A model generated the notes under the pieces. That model ran no database searches. It saw only the letters and a program-made list of their open reading frames with translations, and was not told the origin of the DNA. Positions 43,071-53,170 of a DNA stretch of 64,000 bases are shown here, one piece after another (the first letter of the stretch is position 1; the number at the start of each line of letters is the position of its first letter). The translations under genes and the position numbers were made by a program. Source of the DNA: Thermoplasmata archaeon (GTDB lineage: Archaea > Thermoplasmatota > Thermoplasmata > RBG-16-68-12 > JAFNFQ01). The DNA is taken from the NCBI GenBank assembly GCA_041489255.1, contig JBGPQV010000001.1, positions 32,001 to 96,000 of the forward strand, in the 5' to 3' direction.

Positions 43071-44192
43071 TTACGACGCCTGACCTGGAGGGTAGGCACC
43101 GTGCGTCCTTTGAGCAGTCCGAGGCGAGGCTCTCCCGCGCGGGACGTCGAGGGAGATCAACCCCTCGAACAGCTTGAAGTGACTCCTCAGGGTGACCTCC
43201 GAGACTCCTGCAACCTTTGCGACTCTCTTCTGGGGGACTCTCTGACCGCGCGAAAGGGCTGCCAAGTAGATGGCCGACGCGGCCGTCCCAGGCGGGGACA
43301 GGGAATTCTCGCCACCCGTCTTGGCGAGGATGCTACCGGCCAAGACTCGAACGTCCTCGCCGAGGGATAGTTCGCTGCAGAAGCGGGCGATGTAGTCAGT
43401 CGCCTCCACTGGCTTGGGTCGCATTCCGAGCCTCCTCGAGAGCACGCTTACGGTCTTGGTCAACCGCTTCCTGCCGATTCCCGCCATCATGGAGATCTCG
43501 TTAATGGTTCTCGGAACCGCCAAGTTCCGGCACGATATGTACAATGACGCCGAGACGAGCGCCTGTATCGACCTGCCTCGCAAGAGATCCGATTTAATCG
43601 CCCTCATGCTAATGAAGCTGGCCGCCTCGACCACGGCTGGCGGCAGCTGCAACTGAGATGCGAGGCGGCTGAGGCTCCTCGAAACCGCGCCCACGCTTCT
43701 TTCCCCCCTGCCCGACCTCGCGACTTGGCGCTGCAGCCTGCCGAGGCGGTAGTACATGCTCATGGCCCTCGGAGAAATCGGCGTCCCGCGGCTGTCGACC
43801 GGGCCCGGGTTTATGACCGTGCTGAGCTGACTGTTGAGGGTTCCTCGCTTTATCGGAGGACCGACTCTCGAGAGGCGCTTCTCGTCCTCATGGTCGTACG
43901 CTGCCCACTCCGGCCGCTCATCCAAGACCTTGTCCTCCATGACGAAACCGCAGCTCTCACAGAACAATTCACCACGTATCGAATCGAAGGATAGGTGGGT
44001 GCTGCGGCATTCAGAGCATGATTGTCCGTTCGGGGACATCGACTCCACGTCCCCCTTGTTTCCCCCATCTTGCGGGGATTCAGTCCGGACCGCAAACTTC
44101 CTTTCATCAATGACCGGTGGAGAGAACTCGGGCTTCGAGTCCGGCTCGTTCTTCACCGATGATTCGCGTCCCACGCTGTTTCTGTTTGGCAC
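43071..44192 (-). CDS. tfb: Transcription initiation factor IIB, divergent paralogue 1
   Basis: CSEC..RGELFCESCG zinc ribbon, PEW, two cyclin repeats (LLRGRSI, VPRT), VAGVSEVTLR. About 50-aa N-terminal extension. Confidence 0.9.
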   Translation of the reverse strand: MPNRNSVGRESSVKNEPDSKPEFSPPVIDERKFAVRTESPQDGGNKGDVESMSPNGQSCSECRSTHLSFDSIRGELFCESCGFVMEDKVLDERPEWAAYDHEDEKRLSRVGPPIKRGTLNSQLSTVINPGPVDSRGTPISPRAMSMYYRLGRLQRQVARSGRGERSVGAVSRSLSRLASQLQLPPAVVEAASFISMRAIKSDLLRGRSIQALVSASLYISCRNLAVPRTINEISMMAGIGRKRLTKTVSVLSRRLGMRPKPVEATDYIARFCSELSLGEDVRVLAGSILAKTGGENSLSPPGTAASAIYLAALSRGQRVPQKRVAKVAGVSEVTLRSHFKLFEGLISLDVPRGRASPRTAQRTHGAYPPGQAS

Positions 44193-44324
44193 CTTGACAC
44201 TCCCCTTTGTGATGGGAAGATGGTCCTCGGGGGTATAGCCAAGCGTCAGTAATGCACCTTACAAACACACCAGATCCGTTCCCGCTGGGAAATCTACTAA
44301 TATCACGCCTCGGTTTGTCTCGCG

Positions 44325-45179
44325 ATGCTCGAGGAGGGCAGGACAAGCGAGTCGGAACTGGGTGGAATCCTCGAAACCTTGGGGCTATCGTCGCTCGAGG
44401 CCAGGACCTATCTAGAATTGGCGCGAGGGGGCAGCCTTTCTGCCTCCGAGACGGCCAAGAAGTCCAAGATTGCGAGGCCCGAGGCCTATGAGGTTCTCAG
44501 GAAGTTGGAGGGCAAGGGCTTCGTGCGGCAGGTGCTTGGAAAGCCTGCGAGATACGAACCGGTTGACCCCCTGGAACTCCGGAATAGAATCCTCCAAGAG
44601 GAGAGGAAACGTTTCAACTCAATCGAGGCAGGGATGAGCAAGATTCTCGAGGTCTGGCCATTCCTGCGCGCCATGCACATGCCTGAGAGCCACCTACCGC
44701 GGACGGCCACCCTCCGTGGCCGCAAGAACATTGCGGCAGTCTTGGAGGGCATGATGAGCAGTGCCCAAGAATCCGTCAATATGTGCACGACGAAACGAGG
44801 ACTGTTGACAGCGATGCAGGAGAATTTTCCCGAGATCGGCAAGAGGCTGATCGATCGCGGTGTCGAGGTCCGAATGCTGATCGACGAAAGTTCCGCCAAG
44901 CAACTCACCTCGAGTCTGGTGCCGGATGCCATCGATATGAGGATCAGCAAAGGCCCTAAGGCCCGTTATTACATCATAGACGACCATGAAGTCCTCTATC
45001 ACCTGCACTTGCAGGCCGAGGAGGACCTCTGGGGGAGTGATGAGACCGCGCTCAGGACCGATAGCCCGGATCAACTGAACGTGTACGGATGGCTGTTCAA
45101 GAACGCATGGGACAATGGCACGCCATTGAAAAGGGCTCAAGTACTACCGCGTCGTGTTCAGCATAAGGGTGGTAGCTAG
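44325..45179 (+). CDS. TrmB-family transcriptional regulator
   Basis: LGLSSLEARTYLEL, IARPEAYEVLRKLEGKGFV, KPARYEPV; C-terminal PLD-like effector domain. Confidence 0.9.
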   Translation: MLEEGRTSESELGGILETLGLSSLEARTYLELARGGSLSASETAKKSKIARPEAYEVLRKLEGKGFVRQVLGKPARYEPVDPLELRNRILQEERKRFNSIEAGMSKILEVWPFLRAMHMPESHLPRTATLRGRKNIAAVLEGMMSSAQESVNMCTTKRGLLTAMQENFPEIGKRLIDRGVEVRMLIDESSAKQLTSSLVPDAIDMRISKGPKARYYIIDDHEVLYHLHLQAEEDLWGSDETALRTDSPDQLNVYGWLFKNAWDNGTPLKRAQVLPRRVQHKGGS

Positions 45180-45182
45180 GCC

Positions 45183-45812
45183 ATGATCACGCTCGATGAC
45201 GATTATAAGGGTGCCCTTGCCGAGGGGCTTGGCGGCAACCACCTGGTCCTTTGGTACCGAACGAACAAGGGGCGGGCGCAGGCAATCCTGAGATTCTTGC
45301 GGAATGGCGCCGACAATGACGAAATGATGGCAATCGTCCTTCCCCTGCAAGAACTGCAGGAGACAGAGAATGCCCTGATCGCGGCGGGGCTCCCCGTCGA
45401 GAGACTGATGAGCGAAGGGCGGTTGCTCCTCTTCGCCTCTGAGGAATTGATCCCCATAAATGCCAGCGATTGCAGGAGCATCGTGGAGGCGGTAACGGGA
45501 CTCGGAGATAGGGCTGCAGCACAAGGGCGGAGACTTCGGCTGGTCGGAAGGGTCGCGCCAATGTTCTTCGAACGTGGAGACATCGAGAGTGCTTTGGCTG
45601 TGGAGTTGGCTACGGATTCATCGCTGGGCCAAGCTAAACTGCTATGCCTCTATGACGCAAGGAGCCGGGATAGGCTTCCCGAGGCGGATGGACAGAGAAT
45701 AGACGGCATACACAACCACGTACTCCATGAAACCTCGAAGGGCAAGGTCAAGCTGCGAAAGAAACAGAGCAAGAGCCCCCCGCGAGGTTCTGCAAAGCAT
45801 AAGAAGCGCTGA
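45183..45812 (+). CDS. Stand-alone MEDS (DcmR sensory) domain protein
   Basis: HLVLWY, FLRNG, GRLLL, RLRLVG, LLCLYD, HNHV. Confidence 0.8.
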   Translation: MITLDDDYKGALAEGLGGNHLVLWYRTNKGRAQAILRFLRNGADNDEMMAIVLPLQELQETENALIAAGLPVERLMSEGRLLLFASEELIPINASDCRSIVEAVTGLGDRAAAQGRRLRLVGRVAPMFFERGDIESALAVELATDSSLGQAKLLCLYDARSRDRLPEADGQRIDGIHNHVLHETSKGKVKLRKKQSKSPPRGSAKHKKR

Positions 45813-45846
45813 TGTCACGCCGGCAGTGGTGAAAGGGGCACTTGCA

Positions 45847-46770
45847 TTATCTCCGGCGCCGGCCACGACGCCTGCCTCTATGTTTCTTGGATCTTGTGAG
45901 TAAAATGATTACCACTAGTGTCAGGAGTACGACAATGAGGAAAGCGATTGCCAGAGCGTTGGCCGCCAAGAAATCATAGACACCACCTGCCGGCTTCCCT
46001 GCCTCCACCCACAATGTATGGAGGGCGTCGGCAACTGCGTTGACCGAAAGACTGAGTGAACGCCCGACCCTCGCGTTGAAGACCGAATTACTCCAGTCGT
46101 AGTTCTGATCCATCCAGAGGGCCGTGCGGCCCTGACCGCTGTCATCGAACGTCGTATCGTGCGCGAGTCTCAGCGTCGCATCGTATGCACTCAGGTTTTC
46201 GAGGTTTCCGTCAAAGGCCAGGGCCGCGTCGTAAGAGGAAGCGTAGCTGGTCGTGCGATCCTTGACATAGGTCTCATAATCATCATGGTGATTCTCCGTG
46301 CCCCAATCAGTCGGCGCACCCATCACATGTCCGAAAACGCCGAGATCGCCGATGTAATGAGCCATCGTCCCGGCCCACTTCGCCGCGCTGGAATAGTCTC
46401 CCGCTCGGAGTCTGTCGAGTGCGGTCGAGAACGTGTCTCGCGCGCGCCTCGCTGCGGCATCGTCCCGGAGGCGCCCATCCGAGTGATAGTAGAGATGATG
46501 ATTCTTGGTGTCGCCTATCCCATCCCCGCCCATGGCGTCTGCAAAGTCGGGAAGCTCTGTCCCGTAGAGAAAAGCGTTCAGATTGTCCTCAAGGAATTGC
46601 TTTTCCGTGACTGGAATCCAATCCAGCGCATGCTGAGCAATCCAGTCGTGCGTGCCATACCTCGGTGCAGACGTGCTGGACGAGGGGCCACCATTCGACC
46701 ATGCCGAAGCGGGTCGCGATGAAAGAATGACAACCATGACCACCGAAACGACGAGCACCACAACTCTCAT
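45847..46770 (-). CDS. Membrane-anchored zinc-dependent phospholipase C / P1-nuclease-fold protein
   Basis: Signal peptide (ASA|WSNGG), THDWIA, PD, NHH, HYIGD..H, HDDYE; C-terminal TM plus poly-Arg tail. Confidence 0.82.
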   Translation of the reverse strand: MRVVVLVVSVVMVVILSSRPASAWSNGGPSSSTSAPRYGTHDWIAQHALDWIPVTEKQFLEDNLNAFLYGTELPDFADAMGGDGIGDTKNHHLYYHSDGRLRDDAAARRARDTFSTALDRLRAGDYSSAAKWAGTMAHYIGDLGVFGHVMGAPTDWGTENHHDDYETYVKDRTTSYASSYDAALAFDGNLENLSAYDATLRLAHDTTFDDSGQGRTALWMDQNYDWSNSVFNARVGRSLSLSVNAVADALHTLWVEAGKPAGGVYDFLAANALAIAFLIVVLLTLVVIILLTRSKKHRGRRRGRRRR

Positions 46771-46911
46771 TCGTCCAGCAAGTCGTGGAATAGGCATGGA
46801 TCGACCATTACTGCTAGAGCATTTCCCGTCATAAACAATTGCTGCGCATGTGTCACCGGACGAAGTAACAAGGCTTATACAGAACAACTTCCTCCGATTC
46901 TGGGTGATAGA

Positions 46912-47709
46912 ATGCCAATCAACCCTGAGCGCATCCAGAGACTGATGGATTTCGGACTCACCGAGTACCAGTGCAGGGTCTACCTTGCCTTGCTTGACCT
47001 TGGAACCGCCACAGCCAGTCAGATCCCGCCAATCTCCCGGGTGCCGAGGACGCGAATATACGCGACGATGTCCCAGCTGCACGAGAAGGGACTGGTTGAA
47101 ATAGTCCCTGAGACCCCGTTGCGGTACAAGGCCGTTCCATTCGCCAAGTACCTGAAGAAGGTGAGCGAGGAATACAGGCAGAAGGCAATCGACATTGAAT
47201 CCGACTTGGACATGCTGTCGAAGGAGTTCGCCGTCCGCGCGGGCGCCGAACCCGAGAAGCATGGAAGTTTTGAGGCCATCTATGGACGTAGGAACGCGCG
47301 TAGAAGGCTTCTGAAGATGTACGATTCGGCTCAGAGGGAAATCATCGGCATAGGGACGAGACATAGTCCTGGCAGAATCCTGAAAGCCTTCGGTCCGGTC
47401 CTCGAGGAGAAGTCACGGGCTGGCGTGACATTGCGGTACGCTTTCCCTATCAGCGACCCCGATCTCCCTGATGTTAGGGCTTTGATGAGATATGCCAGCG
47501 TGCGGAAGATGGATTTTGAGATGCCGGTCTACCTGCACGTTGTTGATTGCAGGGAGTTTCTCATGAGCCACCCAATCCCTGACGATGAGAGCTTCTACAT
47601 CGGTGACGACATCTGTATCTGGACGAACGACCCTGCAATCACGAAGGCCATGAACGAAATGGCCGAGAGAATCTGGCAGGGCGGACAGGAACCGTCGGCC
47701 ACCGCGTGA
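46912..47709 (+). CDS. TrmB-family transcriptional regulator
   Basis: FGLTEYQCRVYLALL, VPRTRIYATMSQLHEKGLV, PLRYKAVP; CTTATAC at 46874. Confidence 0.9.
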   Translation: MPINPERIQRLMDFGLTEYQCRVYLALLDLGTATASQIPPISRVPRTRIYATMSQLHEKGLVEIVPETPLRYKAVPFAKYLKKVSEEYRQKAIDIESDLDMLSKEFAVRAGAEPEKHGSFEAIYGRRNARRRLLKMYDSAQREIIGIGTRHSPGRILKAFGPVLEEKSRAGVTLRYAFPISDPDLPDVRALMRYASVRKMDFEMPVYLHVVDCREFLMSHPIPDDESFYIGDDICIWTNDPAITKAMNEMAERIWQGGQEPSATA

Positions 47710-47720
47710 GAATCGGAATA

Positions 47721-48605
47721 TCACTGATATTCACGGATGAAGTCCTCGACCTTGAGCCTGCCTGCAATGAGCGCCCTGTCCCTGAGTCCTTTATACTTCT
47801 CGTCCAGGGTCTCCTCCTCCCGCTGATAGAACACCCCGAGCCTGGTCTTGTCGGTGATCGATGCAATGCGGAATGCTTCTGACCTGTCTTCCGGATCATG
47901 CGCCTCCACCTCGACCGTGTTGGCCTGCCAATAATCGAATGCGTCGAGGAAAGTCACGCAGGGCGAAACGACATGGACAAAGGCGAAGCCTTTGTGGCTA
48001 ATCGCGCTGACGATGAGCGCCTCCAGGTCCCTGGGCTTGCCGCTGTAGCCCCTTGCCACGAATGTCCCTCCGAATGCGATGGCGAGCGCGGCGGGGTTGA
48101 TAGGCTGTTCGAGGACACCGTATGGCGATGCCTTCGTTACCATCCCCATGTCGCTGGTCGGGGATGGCTGTCCCTTGGTCATTCCGTAGACCGCGTTGTC
48201 CATCATCACGTAGGCGATATCGACATTCCTTCGAGCCGCATGCATGAAATGGTTACCGCCAATTGCGAGTCCGTCTCCGTCCCCGCCTACCGCGAGCACT
48301 TCCAGCTCCGGCCTCGCGAGCTTGATGCCCGTGGCGATGGGGAGGAGCCTCCCGTGCACGCTGTGGAACCCGTAGGCGTTCACGAACTCAGGGAGGCGAC
48401 TCGAGCAGCCGATTCCGGAGACTATCACGAAGTTTTCCGGCCGCGCCCGCAGGTCGGCCATCGCCCTGTAGATCGCGTTGAGCACGCCGAAATCGCCACA
48501 GCCCGGGCACCAAGTTGGTTTGTGCTCGGACCTGTAGGCCATGGGCGATACGACGGCACGAGTCATTCCTGATGCCGTCTTGCCGCCAGCCGCTTCATCG
48601 GCCAT
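47721..48605 (-). CDS. 2-oxoacid:ferredoxin oxidoreductase beta subunit
   Basis: PTWCPGCGDF, SGIGCS, HGR, GGDGDG, NAVYGMTKGQ, SPCVTF. Confidence 0.94.
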   Translation of the reverse strand: MADEAAGGKTASGMTRAVVSPMAYRSEHKPTWCPGCGDFGVLNAIYRAMADLRARPENFVIVSGIGCSSRLPEFVNAYGFHSVHGRLLPIATGIKLARPELEVLAVGGDGDGLAIGGNHFMHAARRNVDIAYVMMDNAVYGMTKGQPSPTSDMGMVTKASPYGVLEQPINPAALAIAFGGTFVARGYSGKPRDLEALIVSAISHKGFAFVHVVSPCVTFLDAFDYWQANTVEVEAHDPEDRSEAFRIASITDKTRLGVFYQREEETLDEKYKGLRDRALIAGRLKVEDFIREYQ

Positions 48606-50313
48606 GCTTCGCCACCTCCTCGACCTTGGCAAGGATTTCTCCCGCCGTGAATGGAAGGCCTGTAGCCTTGTGAAGAGAATCCATGATCCTCCCGAACTCT
48701 GCCTGGAGGATGTGCTGATACTGTCCCGTCTGGTTCACCTCTACCACTATTACGTCGCGAAGCTTTGATAGCCATTCGCCAATCCGCTGCTTCGGCGGCG
48801 GGAACAGAAGTTTCGGATGCAGCGATGTCACTTTGAGCCTCCGCGAAACCGCCAACTGCACAGCCTCTCGCACGGCTCCTGTTGTGGACCCCCAGCTGAT
48901 GATCCCGATTCGCGCGTCCTCGACCCCGTACTGCTCGAACTCCGCATCCTCGATTGCGGCCCTCTCGAGCTTCTTCTGCCTTTTCCGCATGTTCAGCTGG
49001 TGGTTTTCAGGGTCATAGCTGGGCATGCCGACCTCGTCTCGCTCGATGCCCGTTGCCACATATGCGCCCCCGACCACGCCAGGTATGGACATGGGTGAGA
49101 CCCCGTCCTCTGTGCGCAGGTAGCGTCTGTAGTGCTTCAGGTCCTCCGGAGTGGGCCTCTTTGGCGAGCTGACGGGGACTCTCGCCGGGTCCAGCATCGG
49201 AATCGCCTCCAGGCGATGCGAAAGGCTCTGGTCAGAGAGGAGGATCACTGGCAGCTGGTACTTGTCTGCAAGGTTGAAAGCCCTCATCGTCTGGTAGAAG
49301 CAGTCTTCAACGCTCGTCGGTGCGATGACTATCCGCGGCGCCTCTCCGGGCCCGCCCAGAGCCGCGTGGCTGAGGTCGGACTGCTCGGTCTTCGTCGGCA
49401 TTCCGGTGCTCGGTCCCGCTCGCTGCACATCGACAACCACTATGGGGATTTCGGCAGTTCCCGCCAAGTTCACGAACTCGGTCATGAGCGCCAATCCGGG
49501 GCCGCTTGTCGCGGTCATCGATCTAACACCTGAATATGAAGCTCCGAGGGCGGCGCCAAAAGCGGATATTTCATCCTCGACCTGGATTGCCACGCCCCCG
49601 ACCTTCGGCAGCCTATCCATAAGCCACTCCAGAAGATCCGAAGCTGGCGTTATGGGGTAACCGGAGAAGAACCTGCAGCCCGCGCCGACGGCGCCGAGGC
49701 ATATCGCTTCGTTGCCCGACAGGACTATTCTACGCGGGGCGTCGACGGACTCGAACCTGAAGCCGTCCTTCTTGATCAGGTTGGCGGCAGCCCAATCATG
49801 ACCCGCCATGAGGGCATCGAGGTTCCTCTTGATTATATCCTGGCTCTTGCCCCACCTTTCAGAAAGGACCGCCTTGATCTCCTTCATGTCTACGTTGAAC
49901 AGCTTAGAAATCACGCCGAGCATTAGCACATTCCTCGATCTTGCGAGCCCGGTACTGGCTGTGAGTGACCTCACTGGAATCCCATAGCTCACTTCGCGGA
50001 TCTGCTCCTGCGGCACAGACTCGCTGTTGTAGAGGAGCACACTGGTGGACCGAAGGCGATTGCTGTTGAGCGTGTAGGCACTGGAGTCCATGCACAGGAG
50101 GATATCGTACTCGTCACCCTGCGAGAAGACCTGGTCCTGCTGCGAGTTTATGGTGAAGATGCATTGTCCACCACGGACCTCGGCGGGATAGGTCCTGAAG
50201 GTGACGATGTTGATGCCCATCCTGGCCAGGACCTTCGCCAGTATCTCGCCGAGCGAGATTATCCCGTCGCCGGATTCCCCGGTCAAGGCCACCATGGCAC
50301 TATTGACTTGCAA
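48595..50313 (-). CDS. 2-oxoacid:ferredoxin oxidoreductase alpha subunit (gamma-alpha fusion)
   Basis: GESGDG, YPAEVRGG, GYPITPAS, EDEI, TSGPG, QRAGPSTGMPT. Confidence 0.95.
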   Translation of the reverse strand: MQVNSAMVALTGESGDGIISLGEILAKVLARMGINIVTFRTYPAEVRGGQCIFTINSQQDQVFSQGDEYDILLCMDSSAYTLNSNRLRSTSVLLYNSESVPQEQIREVSYGIPVRSLTASTGLARSRNVLMLGVISKLFNVDMKEIKAVLSERWGKSQDIIKRNLDALMAGHDWAAANLIKKDGFRFESVDAPRRIVLSGNEAICLGAVGAGCRFFSGYPITPASDLLEWLMDRLPKVGGVAIQVEDEISAFGAALGASYSGVRSMTATSGPGLALMTEFVNLAGTAEIPIVVVDVQRAGPSTGMPTKTEQSDLSHAALGGPGEAPRIVIAPTSVEDCFYQTMRAFNLADKYQLPVILLSDQSLSHRLEAIPMLDPARVPVSSPKRPTPEDLKHYRRYLRTEDGVSPMSIPGVVGGAYVATGIERDEVGMPSYDPENHQLNMRKRQKKLERAAIEDAEFEQYGVEDARIGIISWGSTTGAVREAVQLAVSRRLKVTSLHPKLLFPPPKQRIGEWLSKLRDVIVVEVNQTGQYQHILQAEFGRIMDSLHKATGLPFTAGEILAKVEEVAKHGR

Positions 50314-50474
50314 GTCTCTTCACCCTAACAACTAAACCCATCTTGGGCGCGTCTTCCTGCAAAACCCGCGCTCGTACTAGAAAGTGAGCAATGTACGTCT
50401 TGATAAGACCATAGAGAAAGGACGGCAGCCGGACGTTTTCCATATTCAGGCTTGACAAGATGTGGCGCGGGTCC

Positions 50475-51458
50475 TCATGAACCTGTGCCTGCGATCCTCT
50501 GGTGCTTCGGGACGCGGCCCCGGGGGAGAGAGAGGTTGCTCATGAAAGCCTTGTTCACCAGCTGGAAGCGGTTCCTGAGCGTGACCTCGGAGACTCCTGC
50601 GACTTTGGCTATCGCCTTCTGCGGCCGCCTCTCTCCGCACGCAAGCGACGCGAGGTATATCGCCGCCGCGCTAGTCCCGATAGGCGATAGGGATAGGCTG
50701 CCGTCCAGATCGTCAATCTCCTTGAGAATCCGCCTCGCCTCCGCCTGGACTCCGGTGCCAAGCCCCAATTCGCTGCAGAATCTGGAGATGTAGTCCGCTG
50801 GCTTCGATTGCGGAACCTTCAATTGCAGTAGCCTAGACAATGCACCGTACGCCTTTGCGATGACCTTTCTAGGGAGCCCAGTCACGCCAGAGAGTTCCTC
50901 CAGTGTCCTTGGGACGCCGTTGATCCTGCACGCGCTGTATATCGCCGCCGCGACCAGAGCTTCGATGCTTCGTCCCCTCAGGAAGCCCTTCTCCAATGCT
51001 TTCTTGCTGATGAAACCGGCTTCCTCCCTGATGCTCTTCGGCAGTTCGAGTAACGATGAGACTCGGTCCAAGGCTCTGATCGTCTCCGGCAGACTCCGCT
51101 CTCCCGGTCTGTTGTGGCCCGAGTGATGCTGGAGCTTCCTCATCCTGTAGAACTTCTCCATTTCCCGCGCGGGAATCGGGTTGCCCCTGGAATCCCTGTT
51201 TGAGGAGGTGATGACGGTCGTCAGGTTGATCGCTTGGCTCGTGTAGTTCCGGGGGGCACCAGTTCTCGATAGCTTGTCGCGGTCCTCGCTGTCGTACGCG
51301 GTCCACTCGGGACCTTGGTCTATCTGCTTGTCATCCACGACCAAGCCGCAAGATTCGCAAAGCAGCTCGCCCCGAGTGTAGTCACGGACCAGCCTGTCCG
51401 ACCCGCACTCAGGGCAATGATTGACTTCTTCGGCAAGCTCAACAGTCTTGCTCCTCAT
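50475..51458 (-). CDS. tfb: Transcription initiation factor IIB, divergent paralogue 2
   Basis: CPECGS..RGELLCESCG, DQGPEW, FLRGRSIE, VPRTLEE, VAGVSEVTLRNR. Confidence 0.92.
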   Translation of the reverse strand: MRSKTVELAEEVNHCPECGSDRLVRDYTRGELLCESCGLVVDDKQIDQGPEWTAYDSEDRDKLSRTGAPRNYTSQAINLTTVITSSNRDSRGNPIPAREMEKFYRMRKLQHHSGHNRPGERSLPETIRALDRVSSLLELPKSIREEAGFISKKALEKGFLRGRSIEALVAAAIYSACRINGVPRTLEELSGVTGLPRKVIAKAYGALSRLLQLKVPQSKPADYISRFCSELGLGTGVQAEARRILKEIDDLDGSLSLSPIGTSAAAIYLASLACGERRPQKAIAKVAGVSEVTLRNRFQLVNKAFMSNLSLPRGRVPKHQRIAGTGS

Positions 51459-51572
51459 ACATCTCACCCACCAATTCTATATTGTAATCTGATTTCGCGG
51501 ATATTTATAAACAATAACAGGCTTATATTATGCCTTGTCACCAAGAGGAGTTACACAAAGAAACGCGAATTC

Positions 51573-52013
51573 TCACGCCTTCCCGTCGAGCCTAGGTACT
51601 TGGGACGGATGCATTCTCCTGTCTATGCAGGCGAGGATCAGCACGGCTGCGAGGACGCCCACGCAATTCACCAAGGCGTCCGCGGGGTCAGCGAACCGCC
51701 CGGGCACGAACAACTGATGCATCTCGTCAGTCACCCCGTAAATCCCTCCAAGAACAATCGCGAGAGGTGCGTCCCATGGTCGCCAGCCTGCCGAGGCGAA
51801 TGTCAGAAACAGCAGGCTGCCGAACAGCGCGAACTCGAGGAAGTGGACAAGCTTGTCAGAGAGGGAGAATATCGGCATGGCGATGGCTGGAATGTCCGTC
51901 TGCGAGGATGAATAGAAAATCAAGCAAGCATACAGAATCGCGGCGAAGCCGAAGATGATCGCGCTACTTCCCGCCTTCCTTCTTCGTCGCAGCCGATTTC
52001 CCCTTGGTCTCAA
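51573..52013 (-). CDS. VanZ-family membrane protein
   Basis: DKLVHFLEF, YGVTDEMHQLFVPGR..D..D..VN. Start uncertain. Confidence 0.85.
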   Translation of the reverse strand: MRPRGNRLRRRRKAGSSAIIFGFAAILYACLIFYSSSQTDIPAIAMPIFSLSDKLVHFLEFALFGSLLFLTFASAGWRPWDAPLAIVLGGIYGVTDEMHQLFVPGRFADPADALVNCVGVLAAVLILACIDRRMHPSQVPRLDGKA

Positions 52014-53028
52014 TCTCCCTCCCCTTCTCGACTTTCTTGGCGCGAACTACAGGTTCCTCCTCATCCTCGAAAATCGCACCGCAGCGATGGCACCTGGTGG
52101 CGGATGCAGAGACCTCGGAGCCGCAGTTCGTGCACTCGAAGCCGCCCCCTCCTGCATCGGATGGAACGCGGGCGGGTCCGCGCATAGTCCGTGCCTTCCC
52201 CACCCACCAGTACATCCCGACGATGATGAGGTAGAGTGTGAAGGGGAAGAGAAGTTGGACCAAGATTGCCAGCGCAATGACGGAGGAGAATGTGGTCCAG
52301 GATGCGTTTATTGGCCCGAACCCAAGCGGCGTTGAGACTTCCGTGTAGATCCCATTGTATGCAGTGTTCGCCGTGAAGTTGTAGAAATAGATCCCTTCGG
52401 TCAAAGCCAAGTGCATGTAGTAGGTCCATCCCTCGGACGCAGAGGGCGGCGCCGCGCTGGAGATATTTGAACTTATGTTGAACGTGCTGGTCCTTGTCGT
52501 GACCGCGTCGAAGACTCTCAGGGTCAGCCATACATCGGAGCGATCGACCGGATCGGTGTTCACATAGACAACCGAGTAGTTGTAGCTGCTTTCAGCAGGG
52601 CCTGCGTAAGGATCCACCATCCCATGATCGAGTCTCGTATTGCCGGATTGCGCTGACAATTCCTGTTCGGGAGAAGCCAAGGTCAGGGCCGTGTAGAAGA
52701 GGTTCACAAGAACAAGGGAGATGAGGAATACCGCAACGCCGTTAATGAGGTAGCGCTTGATGTTCCTCTCCTTCAGGTAATACGGCACCGCGAACATGAG
52801 CAGCGGCATGAAGAATGTCGCCAGGCAACCCGTGCCGACCGTCACCACCGAGGATGCGAGGGCGATCAGGAAAACGTAGAGAACCCGGAACCATTTGGAC
52901 TTGAGGAAACGCTTGAGAGGGGTCTCTTCTTTTTCGGGTGAGTACACGAGCGCGCTAAGGTCCAAGCCCCCTAAAAAGCTACGCAGCAGCTGGGTCCGGA
53001 CCAACCGTGCATCTTTGGTCTCAGCCAC
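51964..53028 (-). CDS. Membrane protein with extracellular beta domain and C-terminal zinc ribbon
   Basis: 3 N-terminal TM, Ser/Thr/Tyr-rich beta region, TM, FECTNCG..CHRCGAIF. Confidence 0.8.
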   Translation of the reverse strand: MAETKDARLVRTQLLRSFLGGLDLSALVYSPEKEETPLKRFLKSKWFRVLYVFLIALASSVVTVGTGCLATFFMPLLMFAVPYYLKERNIKRYLINGVAVFLISLVLVNLFYTALTLASPEQELSAQSGNTRLDHGMVDPYAGPAESSYNYSVVYVNTDPVDRSDVWLTLRVFDAVTTRTSTFNISSNISSAAPPSASEGWTYYMHLALTEGIYFYNFTANTAYNGIYTEVSTPLGFGPINASWTTFSSVIALAILVQLLFPFTLYLIIVGMYWWVGKARTMRGPARVPSDAGGGGFECTNCGSEVSASATRCHRCGAIFEDEEEPVVRAKKVEKGREIETKGKSAATKKEGGK

Positions 53029-53170
53029 TTACTCCAAGCCTGTCGTCCGGAACAAAACAGGTGGGGTGCACGATCGTGATGAGCGGGCAGACATGGGGGA
53101 TGATTTTGTCAAATTGTTATATTCTGTATATTCTCAAACATTAATATCATCATCATAACCTTGCAAGAAC

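Noticed and set aside
53070-53130. Possible C/D box sRNA (GTGATGA...CAGA...GGATGA)
   Set aside because: There is no properly placed terminal CTGA D box and the first guide would be too short.
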